A stretch of DNA of 64,000 bases from the human T2T-CHM13v2.0 reference genome, Homo sapiens: assembly GCF_009914755.1 (NCBI RefSeq), contig NC_060929.1. One strand, given 5' to 3'. Both the position numbers and the translations under genes were made by a program. Shown in pieces: positions 1 to 12,797 of the stretch; position 1 is the first letter of the stretch, and each line of letters starts with the position of its first letter. The notes under the pieces were generated by a model. It was not told where the DNA came from. It saw nothing but the letters and a program-made list of their open reading frames with translations, and searched no databases.

Positions 1-159
1 CAGGTGCCTGTCACCATGCCTGGCTAATTTTTTGTATTTTTAGTAGAGACGGGATTTCACCGTGTTAGACAGGATGGTCTCGATCTCCTGACCTCGTGAT
101 CCACCCACCTCGGCCTCCCAAAGTGCTGGGATTACAGGCATGAGCCACCATGCCTGGCC
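1..159 (-). mobile_element. Alu (AluY/Sc-like), partial at window edge
   Basis: Reverse-complement Alu left arm: gatggtctcgatctcctgacctcgtgatccacccacctcggcctcccaaagtgctgggattacagg. Confidence 0.95.
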
Positions 160-842
160 TGCTCTGCAGCTATTGAGTGACATTTTTTTTCTCTATCTAC
201 TGGCAAAGACCATCAAAGGCAACTTACTTTCAGCTAGCAAAGCCAGAAACACACCTTCATTGTTCTACCTCAGGGGTATATCCACTCTTTACTCCTAACT
301 TATAATAGTCTTCAGAGATCTTAATTGCCTTTTTCTTCTAGAAGATGCTGGTCCATTACATTGATGCTATTATGCTGATTGAAACTGGTGAGCATGAAGT
401 AGCAACTGCTTTAGACATATTAGCAACACACCTGAATATACTAGGGTGGAAAACTTCAGGGTCTAGCTATCTTGATGAAATTTCTAGAGATTTAATGGTC
501 CAGGACTTGTCAAGGCATCCCTTCTAACGTAAAGAACAAGTTGCTGCATCTGGTCCCTCCTATTACTAAAAAGACACAATGCCTAGTGTGCCACTTGGGA
601 GTTGAAGGCAACATATGTTTCACTTGGGTCCATTTACTGAGTGACCTGAAAAGCTGCCAGTTTTGAATGGGGCCCAGAACAAAAGAGGGTTCTCCAAAAA
701 ATACAGGCTGCTGTCCCTCCTGCTCTGTCACTTGAACCATATGACCAAGCATATCCCACAGTTCTAAAGTGTTACATAGGGAAGCTGCTTGGAGCCTTTG
801 GAAGGTCCCTGCAGGTAAATCACAGTGCAGATTCTTAGAAAA

Positions 843-972
843 TTTTTTTTTTTTCCAGAGACTGGGTTTTGTTATGCTTCCCAGGCTGGACTGAAACTCC
901 TGAGATGAAGCATTTCTCCCATTCAGCCTCCAGAGTAGCTGGGACTACAGGCATGAGCCATGATACCCTGCT
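843..972 (-). mobile_element. Alu monomer (FLAM-like)
   Basis: Poly-T followed by one diverged Alu arm; imperfect TSD agattcttag (829-838) / agatccttag (973-982). Confidence 0.85.
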
Positions 973-1697
973 AGATCCTTAGTATTTTTGAGCAAAGACC
1001 TGCTATCTTCTGTGAATAACTATTCTCCTTTTGGGAAGCAGCTTTTGGATTGTTACTAGACCTTAGCAGAGACTAAACACTGATCATGTTACCAAGTGAT
1101 CTGAGCTGCCCATCACAAACAGGGTACTGTCTGACCCACCAAGTCATAAAGTTGGAGGTACAAAGCAGGATGTCAGCCTCAAGCGGAAATGGTGTATGTC
1201 ACGTCAAGCATAAGCAGGTCATGAAGTTACAAAGAAGTCGCATGAGGAAGTGGCCCAGATTCTCACAACCCCTACTCCTGTTACATTGTCTTCTCCCTCC
1301 AACCTGCATCTATGGCCCCATAGTGAGTTCCCTGTGTCCGTTTGACTGAGAAAGAAAACGCTTATTCTTGGCTTATGCATGGCTTACATGATACACAGGA
1401 ATCATGCAACATTGGAGAGGTGCAATGCTGCATCTCCACTCTGAGATGGATCTGAGGAGCACTGGTGAAGAGAAATCCTCCCAGTGGGTAGAACTTTGAA
1501 CAATGCATCTGATTGTTCCTTTCACATGGAAGAACACATGGCAGAAGACATGGGTCTATATTGATCACGGGTTGTGGCTAAAACTTTGGTGACATAATCA
1601 ATGACTTAGAACCAAATGGATAACTTCTCTGGTGACAGAGAAGTCTGGGAAAGAAATATGTGAATGGACTTGTAATGGGCACAGAATGTAACAATAT

Positions 1698-2133
1698 TGT
1701 GTTAGCCAATTTTTATTGCTATAAAGGATACCCGAGACTGGGTAATTTTTAAAGAAAAGAAGTTTAAGTTTTGGGTTATGGTTTTGCAGTCTTTACAGGA
1801 AACATGCTGCCTGGTCTGCTTGGCTTCTGGTGAAGCCCAGGGAGCTTTTGTTCATGGCAGAAGGCAAAGCAGGAGCAGGCTGTTACATGACAAGAGAGGA
1901 GGCAAGGGGCAAGAAGGTGCCAGGCTCTTTAAACAACCAGCTCTCACATGAACTCACAGAGTGAGAATCAGAGCAAGAACTCACTTATTACCATGAGAAG
2001 GGCACCAAGCCATTCATGAGGGATCCACTTCCATGACCCAAACACCTCCCACCAGGCCCCGCCTCGAACATTGGGGATCACATTTCAACATGAGATTTGA
2101 AGGGGACAAATAACCAAACCAAATCTAATATCA
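1698..2133 (-). mobile_element. MST (MSTB-like) ERVL-MaLR solo LTR
   Basis: TG...CA ends, typical MST sequence (gagactgggtaattt...catttcaacatgagatttg), 5-bp TSD aatat at 1693-1697 and 2134-2138. Confidence 0.9.
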
Positions 2134-2734
2134 AATATATACTATGTGAGTGCTACTAAGGATGACTCCAGGAGAAAGAATTCTAATAAGGACCTGCTGT
2201 GTGGACCAGCCTCCTTTCCAGACACTTCTGTCATTGTCCCATGGGCTCATGAACAAAGTGGTCATGGTGGAGGGGGTGGAGATTATATATGGGCTCAGCA
2301 ATGTGGACTTCCATTTACGAAGGCTGACCTGGCTATAGCCCCTGCTGAGTGCACAATCTGCAAACAGCAAAGACCAACACAGAGCCTTCAATATGGCACC
2401 ATGCCTTGGGGGATCAGCCCATTACCTTGTGGAAGACTGGTTTCACTGGACAACTTCCACCACGAAGGGGCAATGTTTTGTGCTTACTGGTATAGTCATG
2501 TATTTTGCATATGGGTTGCCTTCCCTTATTGTAAAGCTTCTTGTATCCTTCAGGAATAATTCTTTTTTTGCATATAGGTTTTGCACATTTTTTGCTAAAT
2601 TTATTCCTAAGCATTTAATCTTAGTTGTGATTCAAAATGTGGTTTTCCTTAATATTATGCCCTTTGCTTATTATTTGTGGATATGGAGGCTATTGATTTT
2701 TTTAAATATAATTGTTTTAATGTATCATTCTCTT

Positions 2735-3030
<296 letters not shown>

Positions 3031-3039
3031 TCATTCTCT

Positions 3040-4150
3040 TAAATTATGTAGAAAAACATGTAGCATTGCAAACCAAAGTTTTAAGAGTACTAGCTTTTAG
3101 ACTGATAATTTTTGAAAAAATATATTACTCTCTTAAATCATGTAGAAAACAAAAGTGGAGTTATGAACCTTTATTATAATAATACTCACTTTTTTAAAAC
3201 CTTTACTGAGATCTTCATTTCTTCATGTGACTTCGAGTGACTGTCCAGTATCTTTTAATTTCACTCTGCAGGATTCCCTTCAGCATTTCTTCCAGGGCAT
3301 ATCTAGTGGCACGAGCCTCTCTCAGCTTTTAGGAATGTCTTAATTTTTCCTCACTTTTAAAGGAAAGTTTTGCTGGATATACGAGTCTTGATTAACAGGT
3401 TCTTGTTTTTGTTTTTCATTTTGAATATATCAGCCACTGCCTTCTAGCCTCCAAACTTTCTGATGATAATCTTCAAGGTCTTGGTTCTTCACCCAGGATG
3501 GAGTATAGTGGTTTGATCGTAGCTCATTGCAGCCTTGAACTACTGGGCTCAAGCAAGTCTCCCACCTCAACTGAGACTACAGGTGCATGCCACAATGTCT
3601 GCCTAATTAAAAAAGCCTTCTTTTGAGACAGTCTTGTTGTGTTGCTCAGCTGGTCTCAAACTCCTGGTGTCAAGTGATCCTTCCACCTCAGCTTCCTGAG
3701 TAGCTGGGATTACAGGCACAAGCCTCTGTGCTCAGCTGATAATCTTATTAGAGATCCCTTGTATAGGATGAATCACCTCACTCTTACTACTTTCAAGATT
3801 TTCTCTTTGTCTTTAGCTTTCCCCGGTTTGATGATGTGTCTCATTGTGGGTCTCTTTAAGTTCCTCGTATTTGGTATTCTTGTAGCATCTTGGCTGATTA
3901 TATTTATGTCTTTCAGTGAATGTGAGAGGTTTTCATCCCTTTTTTTCAGATATTCTCTCTACCCCTTTCTCTTTCTGGGACTCCCACCATGGGTACGTTG
4001 ACCTGCTTGTGGTGTCTCACAGGTTTCTTAGGCACCGTTCCCTGTTCCTTTGTCTTTTTTTCTTTCTGTTTCTCAGACTCAACAATTTCTGTTGTCTTAT
4101 CTTCACATTCATTGATTCTTTTCTCTGCCGGCTCAAATACACCTTTGAAT
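3040..4150 (-). mobile_element. Old L1M element (ORF1/inter-ORF region), split by an AluJ and by the L1PA8-like insertion; continues at about 11033
   Basis: Minus-strand ORF1-like peptide (FEPAEKRINECEDKTTEIVESEKQKEK...VGVPE); sequence resumes after the TSD at 11018-11032. Confidence 0.75.
3474..3736 (-). mobile_element. Old Alu (AluJ-like)
   Basis: Diverged dimeric Alu flanked by TSD tgataatctt. Confidence 0.85.
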
Positions 4151-5503
4151 CCCTCTAGTAAATTTATTTTCTTTATTTCTTCTAAAAACAAAAGGGATAC
4201 ATGTGCAGAACATGCAGATTTGTTACATAGATAAATGTGTGCCATGGTGGTTTGCTGCACCTATTGACCCCTCCTCTAAGTTCCCTCCCCTCACCCCCCA
4301 ACATACCCTGGTATGTGTTGTTCCCCTCTCTGTGTCCTCCATGTGTTCTCAATGTTCAACTCCAACTTATGAGTGAGAGCATGTAGTGTTCAGTTTTCTG
4401 TTCCTCTGTTAGTTTGCTGAAGATGATGGCTTCCAGCTTCATCCATGTCCCTGCAAAGGACAATATCTCACATCTTTTTATGGCTGCATAGTATTCCATG
4501 GTGTATATGTACCACATTTTCTTTATCCAGTCTATCATTGATGGACACTTGGGTTGGTTCCATGTATTTGCTGTTGTAAATAGTTCTGCAATAAACATAT
4601 GTGTGCATGCGTCTTTACAGCAGAATGATTTATATTCCTTTAGTTATATACCCAGTAATGGGATTGCTGGGTCAAATGGTATTTCTGGTTCTAGATCCTT
4701 GAGGAATTGCCACATTGTCTTCCACAATGGGTTGAACTAATTTACATTCCTACCAACAGTGTAAAAGCATTCCTATTTCTCCATAGCCTCACCAGCATCT
4801 ATTGCTTCTGACTTTTTAATAATCACCATTCTCACTGGTGTGAAATGGTATCTCATTGTGGTTTTGATTTGCATTTCTCTGATGATCAGTGATGTTGAGC
4901 TTTTTTTCATATGTTTGTTGGCCATGTAAATGGCTTCCTTTGAGAAGTGTTTGTTCATACCGTTTGCCTACTTTTTGATGGGGTTGTCTTTTTCTTGTAA
5001 TATAAGTTCCTTGTAAATTCTGGATATCAGACCCTTGTCAGATGGGTAGATTGCAAAAATTTTCTTCCAATCTGTAGGTTGCCTGTTCACCCTGATGATA
5101 GTTTCTTTTGCTGTGCAGAAGCTCTTTAGTTTAATTAGATCTTATTTATCAATTTTGGCTTTTGTTGCAATTGCTTTTTGTGTTTTTGTCATGAAGTCTT
5201 TGCCCATGCCTATGTCCTGAATGGTATTGCCTAGGTTTTCTTCTAGGGTTTTTATGGTTTTGGGTTTTATGTTTAAGTCTTTAATTCATCTAGAGTTAAT
5301 TTTTGTATAAGGTGTAAGGTAGGGGTCCAGTTTCAGTTTTCTGCATGGTTAGCCAGTTTTCCCAGCACCATTTACTGAATAGGAGATCCTTTCACCATTG
5401 CTTGTTTTTGTCAGATTTGTCGAAGATCAGATTGTTGTAGATGTGTAGTGTTACTTCCGAGGTCTCTGTTCTGCTCCATTGGTCTATATGTCTGTTTTGG
5501 TAC

Positions 5504-5728
5504 CAGTACCATGCTGTTTTGGTTACTCTAGCCTTGTAGTATAGTTTGAAGTCAGGTAGCATGATGCCTCCAGCTTTGTTCTTTTTGCTTAGGATTGTCT
5601 TGCTATACTGTACTGAGTTATAACAGTACCATGCTGTTTTGGTTACTCTAGCCTTGTAGTATAGTTTGAAGTCAGGTAGCATGATGCCTCCAGCTTTGTT
5701 CTTTTTGCTTAGGATTGTCTTGCTATAC
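5504..5728. repeat. Perfect 105-bp direct duplication with 15-bp spacer (period 120 bp) inside L1 ORF2
   Basis: 5504-5608 is identical to 5624-5728; spacer tgtactgagttataa. Confidence 0.95.
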
Positions 5729-7562
5729 AGGGTTTTCTTTGATTCCGTATGAAATTTAAAATAGTTTTTTCTAATTCTGTGAAGAATGTCAATGGTATTT
5801 TGATGGGAATAACATTGAATCTATAAATTACTTTGGGCAGTATGGCCATTTTCACGATATCGATTCTTCCTATCCATGAGGATAGAATGTTTTTCACTTG
5901 TTTGTTTCCTTTCTTATTTCCTTGAGCAGTGGTTTGTAGTTCTCCTTGAAGAGGCCCTTCACAACCCTTGTTAGCTGTATTCCTAGGTACTTTATTCTCT
6001 TCATAGCTATTGTGAAAGGGAGTTCATTCATGATTTGGTTCTCTGCTTGCCTAGTGTTGGTGTTAAGGAATGCTTGTGATTTTTGCACATTGATTTTTGT
6101 ATCCTGACACTTTGCTGAAGTTGTTTATCAGTTCAAGAAGTTTTTGGGCTGAGATGATGGGGATAAAATCATGTCATCTGCAAACAGAGACAACTTGACT
6201 TCTTCTCTTTCTACTTAGATAACTTTTATTTCTTTCTTTTGCCTGATTGCCCCGGCAAGAACTTCTGATACTGTGTTGAATAGGAGTGGTGAGGGAGGGC
6301 ATTCTTGTCTTGTTCCAGTTTTCAAAGGGAATGCTTCCAGCTTTTTCCCATTCAATATGATATTGGCTGTGGGTTTGTCATAAATAGCTTTTATTATTTT
6401 GAGATATGTTACATCAATACCTAGTTTATTGAAAGTTTTTAACATGAAGGGATGCTGAATTTTATCAAATGCCTTTTCTGCATAATCATGTGGTTTTTGT
6501 CTTTGGTTCTGTTTATGTGATGGATTATGTTTATTGATTTGCATATGTGGAACCAGCCTTGCATCCCAGGGATCAAGCCGACTTGGTTGTGGTGGATAAG
6601 TTTTTTGATGTGCTGCTGGATTTGGTTTGCCAGTATTTTATTGAGGATTTTCTCATTGATATTCATCAGGTATATTGGCCTGAAGTTTTCTTTTTTTGTT
6701 GTGTCTCTTGCTGGTTTTGGTATCGGGATGATGCTGGCTTCATAAAATGAGTTAGGGAGGAGTCCTTCCATTTCAATTGTTTGGAATAGTTTCAGAAGGA
6801 ATGGTAGCAACTCCTCTTTGTATTTCAGGAAGAATATAGCTGTAAATCCTTCTGGTCCTGGGCTTCTTTTGGTTGCTAGGCTATTAATTATTGCCTCAAT
6901 TTCAGAGCTTGTTACTGGTCTATTCAGGGGTTCAAATTCTTCCTGGTTTACTCTTGGTAGGGTGTATTCGTCCTGGAATTTATCCATTTCTTCTAGATTT
7001 TCTAGTTTATTTGTGTAGTGGTATTTATAGTATTCTCTAATGGTAGTTTGTACTTCTGTGGGGTCAGTAGTGATATCCCCTTTATCATTTCTTATTGTGT
7101 CAATTTGATTCTTCTCTGTATTCTTCTTCATTAGTCTAGCTAGTGATCTATCTATTTCGTTAATTTTTAAAAAAAAATAGCTTCTGGATTTGTTGATTTT
7201 TTGGAGGGTTTTTTGTGTCTCTAAATCCTTCAATTCTCTGATCCTAGTTATTTCTTGTCTTCTGGTAGCTTTTGGATTAGTTTGCTCTTGCCTCTCTAGC
7301 TCTTTTAATTGTGATGTTAGGATGTCAGTTTGAGATCTTTCTAGCTTTCTGATGTTGGCATTTAGTGCTATAAATTTCTCTCTTAACACTGCTTTAGCTG
7401 TGTCCCAGAAATTCTGATACTTTGTCTCTTTGTTCTCATTGGTTTCAAAGAACTTCTTGATTTCTACCTTAGTTTCGTTGTTTACCCAGGAGTCCTTCAG
7501 GAGCTGGTTGTTCAACTTCTGTAAAATTGCATGGTTCTGAATGAGTTTCTTAATTCTGAGTT

Positions 7563-7639
7563 ATAATTTGATTTGCACTGAGAAACTGTTTATTAACAGA
7601 AACTGTTAATAAACAGTTTCTCAGTGCAAATCAAATTAT
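7563..7639. repeat. Perfect inverted repeat, 37-bp arms with 3-nt loop (hairpin/cruciform-capable)
   Basis: ataatttgatttgcactgagaaactgtttattaacag-aaa-ctgttaataaacagtttctcagtgcaaatcaaattat. Confidence 0.95.
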
Positions 7640-10580
7640 GATTTTGGTTCTTTTGCATTTGCTGAGGAGTGTTTTACTTCCAATTATGTGGTTGATTTTA
7701 GAATAAGTGCCATATGGCACTGAGAAGAATGTGTATTCTGTTGATTTGGGGTAGAGAGTTCTGTAGACATCTACTAGGTCCATGTGATCCAGAGCTGAGT
7801 TCAAGTCCTGAATATCCTTGTTAATTTTCTGTCTCCTTGATCTGCCTAATACTGACAGTGAGGTGTGAAAATCTCCCACTATTATTGTGTGGAAGTCTAA
7901 GTCTCTTTGTAGGTCTCTAAGAACATGTTTTATGAATCTAGGTATTGGGTATGCTCCTGTATTGGGTGCATATGTATTCAGAATAGTTAGCTCTTCTTGT
8001 TGAATTGTTCCCTTTACCATTATGTAATGCCCTCCTTTGTCTTTTTTGATCTTTGTTGGTTTAAAGTCTGTTTTGTCAGAAATTAGTATTGCAACCCCTC
8101 CTTTTTTTGCTTTCCATTTGCTTGGTAAATTTTCCTCCATCCCTTTATTTTGAGCCTATTTGTGTCTTTGCACGTAAGATGGGTCTCCTGAATACAGCAC
8201 ACCAATGGGTCTTGACTTTTTATCCAATTTGCCATTTTGTGTCTTTTAACCAGGACATTTAGCTCATTTACATTTAAGGTTAGTATTGTTGTGTGTGAAT
8301 TTGATCCTGACATCATGATGCTATTTGGTTATTTGGCAGACTAGTTGATGAAGTTTCTTTATAGTGTCATTGGCCTTTATATTTTGGTGTATTTTCACAA
8401 TGGCTGGTACCAGTTTTTCCTTTCCATATTTAGTGCTTCTTTCAGGAGCTCTTGCAGGGCAGGCCTGGTGGTAACAAAATCCCTCAGCATTTGCTTGTCT
8501 GGAAAGCGTTTTATTTCTCGTGGCTTATGAAGCTTAGTCTGGTTGGATATGAAATTCTGGGTTGAAAATTCTTTTCTTTATGAATGTCGGATATTGGTCC
8601 CCAATCTCTTCTGACTTGTAGAGTTTCTGCTGAGAGGTCTGCTGTTAGTCTGATAAGCTTCTGTTTTTAGGTGACCTGGCCTTTCTTTCTGGCTGCCCTT
8701 AACAGTTTTTCCTTCATTTTGACCTTGGAGAATCTGATGATTATGTTTCTTGGGTTTGGTCTTTTCATAGAGTATCTCAGTGGTGTTCTCTATATTTCCC
8801 GAATTTACATGTTGACCTGTCTTGCTAGGTTGGGGAATTTCTCCTGGATAAGATCCTGAAGTGTGTTTTCTAGCCTATTTCCATTCTCCCTGTCTCCTTC
8901 TAGTACTCCAATCACGAAGTCTCATATTTCTTGGAAGCATTGTTCCTTCCTTTACATTCTTTTTTCTCTATTTTCGTCTGCATGTCTTATTTCAGTAAAG
9001 GTGGCCTTCAAACTCTGATATCCTTTCTTCCACTTGGTTAGTTTGGCTGTTGATATTTCCATATGCTTCACGAAGTTCTCATGCTGTGTTTTCCAGCTCC
9101 ATCAGGTCATTTATTTTCCTCTGTAAATTGGTTATTCTAGTTAACAATTTCTCCCACCTTTTATCAAGATTCTTATCTTCTTTGCATTGGGTTAGAACAT
9201 GCCCCTTTAGCTCATCGTAGTTTTTTATTACCCATCTTCTGAAGCCTACTTCTGTCAATTTGTCTGTCTGATCCTCCATCCAGTTCAGTGCCCTTGATGG
9301 AGAGACGTGCAATTGTTTGGAGAAGAGGAACTCTGCCCTTTTTGGTTTTCAGCATTTCTTCATTGATTCTTTCTCATCTTTGCGAGTTTGTCTGTTTTCA
9401 GTCTTTGAGGCTGCTGATGCTTGGATGAGGTTTTTGTGGGGGCCTTTTTGTTGTTGTTGATGATGCTGTTGTTGTAGCTTTCTGCTTGTTTGTTATTCTT
9501 TCAATAGTCAGGTCCCTCTTCTGTAGTGCTTCTACAGTTTGCTGAGGGTTCACTTCAGGCCTTATTCATCTGATTCACTCCTGTGCCTGGAGATGTCACT
9601 CAAGGAGGCTGGAGAGCAGCAAAGATGGGTGCCTGCTCCTTCTTCTGGGACCTCTGACCTCGAGGAGCACCAACCTGATGCCAGTAGGATTGCTCCTGTA
9701 CAGGGTGTCTGACAACCTCTGCTGGAGGGTCTCATCCAGGTGGGTGGCACAGGGAGCAGGACCCATTTAATGAAGCACTTTGTCCCTTGGTGGTGGAGGT
9801 GTGTTTTGCTAGGCGGAAACCCACTTGTCTGGGTTGCCTGGATTCCTCAGAACTACCAGGAGGAGAGGCTAAGTCTGCTGGTCTGCAGAGACAGTGGCCA
9901 CCCCTCCCCCAAGGGGCTCAGGCCCAGGAAGATCCAAAATCTGTCCCTGTGCTTCTGGCTGGAGTTATTGGAGATCCTGCAGGGAAGCCCTGCCCACTGA
10001 GGAAGGATGGGTCAGGGTTAAACCTGAAGAGGCACTCTGGCTGCAGACTGCCACAGCCAGTGTGTTGGGCTGTGGGGACAAGTCTTGGGACCAAGCTATC
10101 CAGCCTCCCTTGCCCCAGCAGGGGAAAAGCTCATCCTGGAGCTACAGAAATGGGTGCCACCCTGTCCCCACCCAGGGAGCTTAGCGTGTTAGTCAGTTGC
10201 GAGTCCCAGTGTTGGCTGCTGCCTCTCCCCCAAGGAGCTCAAACGGCTTAGACAGCAGGCAGCCACAGCTGATGCTGGTCACCCTTCCCCTCAGGAGTTC
10301 CGTAGGCTTAAACAGATTCCAGCTGAGAGGCTGTAAGAATTCACACTGTCTGGGGTTGGGATGCTAGGCCCTGGTGACGTGGGTTTGTGAGTGGGATCTT
10401 CCGACCCGTGGGTTGCATAGTTCTGTGGAAAAAGCACAGTTTCCCTAACTGTGTAGTGTGCTCACTCATTGCCTCCCTTGCTGTGGGGAGGGGATTCTCC
10501 TTCCCTATGTGGCTCTCAGGTGGGCTGCAGCACCGCACTTCTTTTCTTTCTCTCCATAGGTCATGCCAGCCTTCTAGTCA

Positions 10581-10890
10581 TTTTTTTTTTTTTTTGACAG
10601 AGTTTCACTCTTGTCGGCCAGGCTGGAGTGCAATGGTGCGATCTTGGCTCACTGCAAGCTCCATCCTCCTGGGTTCAAGCAATTCTCCTGCCTCAGCCTC
10701 CCAAGTAGCTGGGATTACAGGCTTGTGCCAACACGCCCAGCTAATTTTTTTGTATTCACCATGCTCAGCCAATTTTTTTTTTTTGTATTTTTGGTAGAGA
10801 CAGGGTTTCACCATCTTGGCCAGGCTGGTCTTGAGCTCCTGACCTCAGCCTTCCAAAGTTCTGGGATTACAGGCATAAGCCGCCATGTCC
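10581..10890 (-). mobile_element. Alu (AluS-like) inserted in the L1 5'UTR, with a duplicated central linker and a small left-arm deletion
   Basis: Poly-T, Alu arms, two ...cagc(c/t)aattttttt..gtatt linker copies at about 10732-10790. Confidence 0.9.
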
Positions 10891-11032
10891 AGTCAATTTT
10901 GATGACAGAGCCTGGATACATTGGTTGCCAGTGAAAGATTCACACACTTATTATGAATTTTTTCGATGGGAGCCTCCAAACAGTGCTGCTTCTAGTCAGC
11001 CATCTTGGCCCTCTCTCCCCTCTAGTAAATTT

Positions 11033-11450
11033 TTAACTTCGATTATTGTATTTTTCAGCTCAAGAATTTCTTTCTGGTTTCTTTTTCTGTTTTCTATCTC
11101 TTCATTGATATTTCCAATTTGCCCATACATTTTTTTTTTACTTCCTCCATGTCTTCCTTTAGTTGAAGGAAGCATCTTTAAGACCGTTATGTTAAAGTTT
11201 TTGTTTGGTAGACCTACCATCAGGTCTTTTTCAGGAACAGTATCAGCTGGTTTATCTTTTTTTCTTTAAATGGGCCATATTTTTCTGAGTTTTTTTTTAT
11301 GCCTTATGATTTTTTGTGTTAAACATTGGACATTTGAATCCAATAATGTCTGATAATTTAGAGTAGTAGTGACTCTAAAAATCAGGTGCCTTCCTTCCTC
11401 AGGGTTTGCTGTTTCATTTGTTGGTTTCTTGCGATCTATCTCTGTGCAGA
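11033..11450 (-). mobile_element. Old L1M ORF1/5' region (continuation of 3040-4150)
   Basis: Minus-strand peptide NINEEIENRKRNQKEILELKNTIIEVKN, typical of the L1 ORF1 coiled coil. Confidence 0.75.
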
Positions 11451-11648
11451 GGAGTAGTGGCAGTAGTAGCTCCTGTTACTGAAGAGCCCTAAGTAAAAAC
11501 CTTGCTAGCCGATTTAAGAGCATTATCCTGTTTAATTCTTACAACAAACCTACCTGATGGATATCTTTAGAAATAGTTTTTTTTGTTTGTTTGTTTGTTT
11601 GTTTTTTAAGGCACCAGCCTTTTGCATGCCTGGAAGTCATTTCAGCAG

Positions 11649-11955
11649 GACAGAATCATCCTTCTCCAGAGACTCAGGGTAAAGATGGCTAGAAGGGCTA
11701 TCAGGAAAATCTCCTCTTAGTATTTTTTTTTAAGTGTGATGAATATATTTCTTTCTTTCTGTATATGACCCACTCTGAATACTTAAGATTTTTAAAGACT
11801 ACAATCTTTCCCCAAATTGCATATCTGTCTGTGGGAGTCTGAGTTATGTACACTCTACATATACTCTAACCCGAGGCATTTTGGGGTAGATTAGTTTTTC
11901 AGCTGTTAGTTCTATCAACAAACCGCGACTTCACACACTGTGACTCTGATATTTC
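11649..11955. repeat. Copy 1 of an ancient local duplication of about 300 bp (copy 2 at about 15118-15410, continuing after the Alu at 15751)
   Basis: Collinear shared blocks: atcatccttctccag.gactcagggtaa, tcaggaaaatctcctctta, atatgacccact.tgaa.acttaagatttttaaa, tgtgactctgatat. Confidence 0.9.
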
Positions 11956-12129
11956 TATTCTTCAACTTTCTGAATTACATCAGCATAACACTCTCCATTC
12001 AAGTGCCCAGGCTTTTGCCATCTTAGAAGCATTTTTGATGTTTCTATTTCTTCTTCTTGTAAGTTCTCTAAATTATGTTTGTTACCAAATTCTGGTATTC
12101 TACCAGGGTAATATCAACAAAGATCTGCT

Positions 12130-12600
12130 GAGTGTCTCCTATGGGGAAAGAGCTCTCCTGCTCATATTTTCTAACCCTCCCAGAGCTAGGATATAAACTC
12201 CAGCAACAATGGCCTCCTGCTTCTTTGTGTGCACCTCCGTGATCAGAAGCTGCAATCAGTGATCAGTAATCAGAGCACAGATCCCAAATATTTGAAGAAC
12301 GGGGTCCTTTCTGCCCACTCCAGTTCTATAAGGCTACAAGCAAGCTGCTCCAGGAACACATGCACAGCTGCCCTGCCATGGGGCTGGGTGGGGGCTGCGT
12401 AGCCACTGCTGTGCTAAGAGCTGCAATGGACTAAAATTAGCCGTAATTTACCATCCAAGCCTCCCCCTGGAAGTTAAAAGCCTTCAGTAGATCCCAGGTT
12501 TCAAAATACTTACATCAGACATATTTTGTCAGCGCAATTGTTGTCTAGGTGGGTAGACAGATTTCTGGTGCTTCTATTCTACTATCTTCCCAGAATCCTC
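12130..12600 (-). mobile_element. Old L1M 5' end fragment
   Basis: Resembles recalled L1MB/MC-type 5'UTR, ending ...ctattctactatcttcccagaatcctc. Confidence 0.55.
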
Positions 12601-12797
12601 TAACTGAAGGCTGCAGAGATTTTATGTCAATTTTATATCTTGCTATTTTATGGAATTCTTTTATTGTTTGAGCGAGTGTCATCATTGATTATCTGGGATT
12701 TTCTAGTTATACTATTATAACATCTGTAAAAAGAGATAGTTTTGCTGCTTCTTTTCTATTCTTATGCTTATAATTGGCTTCTCTTATCCTCTTATCT

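Larger units (their letters stand above)
160..2540 (+). mobile_element. ERVL-class endogenous retrovirus internal pol remnant (RT, RNaseH, integrase), degraded and interrupted by a FLAM Alu and an MST LTR
   Basis: Translated pieces match ERVL pol motifs: LPQGY and LVHYID(A)IMLI (YIDD box), EVATALDIL, integrase zinc-finger C-x2-C in AECTICKQQRPT, and KGQCFVLTGI; many stops and frameshifts. Confidence 0.85.
4166..11017 (-). mobile_element. Full-length LINE-1 (L1PA8-like): 5'UTR about 9400-11017, ORF1 about 8370-9370, ORF2 about 4360-8316, all disrupted
   Basis: 15-bp TSD ccctctagtaaattt at 4151-4165 and 11018-11032; 5' end gggccaagatggctgactagaagcagc; ORF2 fragments for EN (8083-8316, 7631-8140), RT (6439-7515) and C-terminus (4356-4598); frameshifts and stops. 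Confidence 0.95.

Noticed and set aside
345-2559. Functional retroviral pol gene
   Set aside because: Catalytic YIDD is mutated to YIDA, there are many stops, and it is interrupted by Alu and MST insertions
6439-7515. 358-aa ORF (longest in the window)
   Set aside because: Fragment of L1 ORF2 bounded by stops and frameshifts; the element cannot encode full ORF2p and is not a host gene
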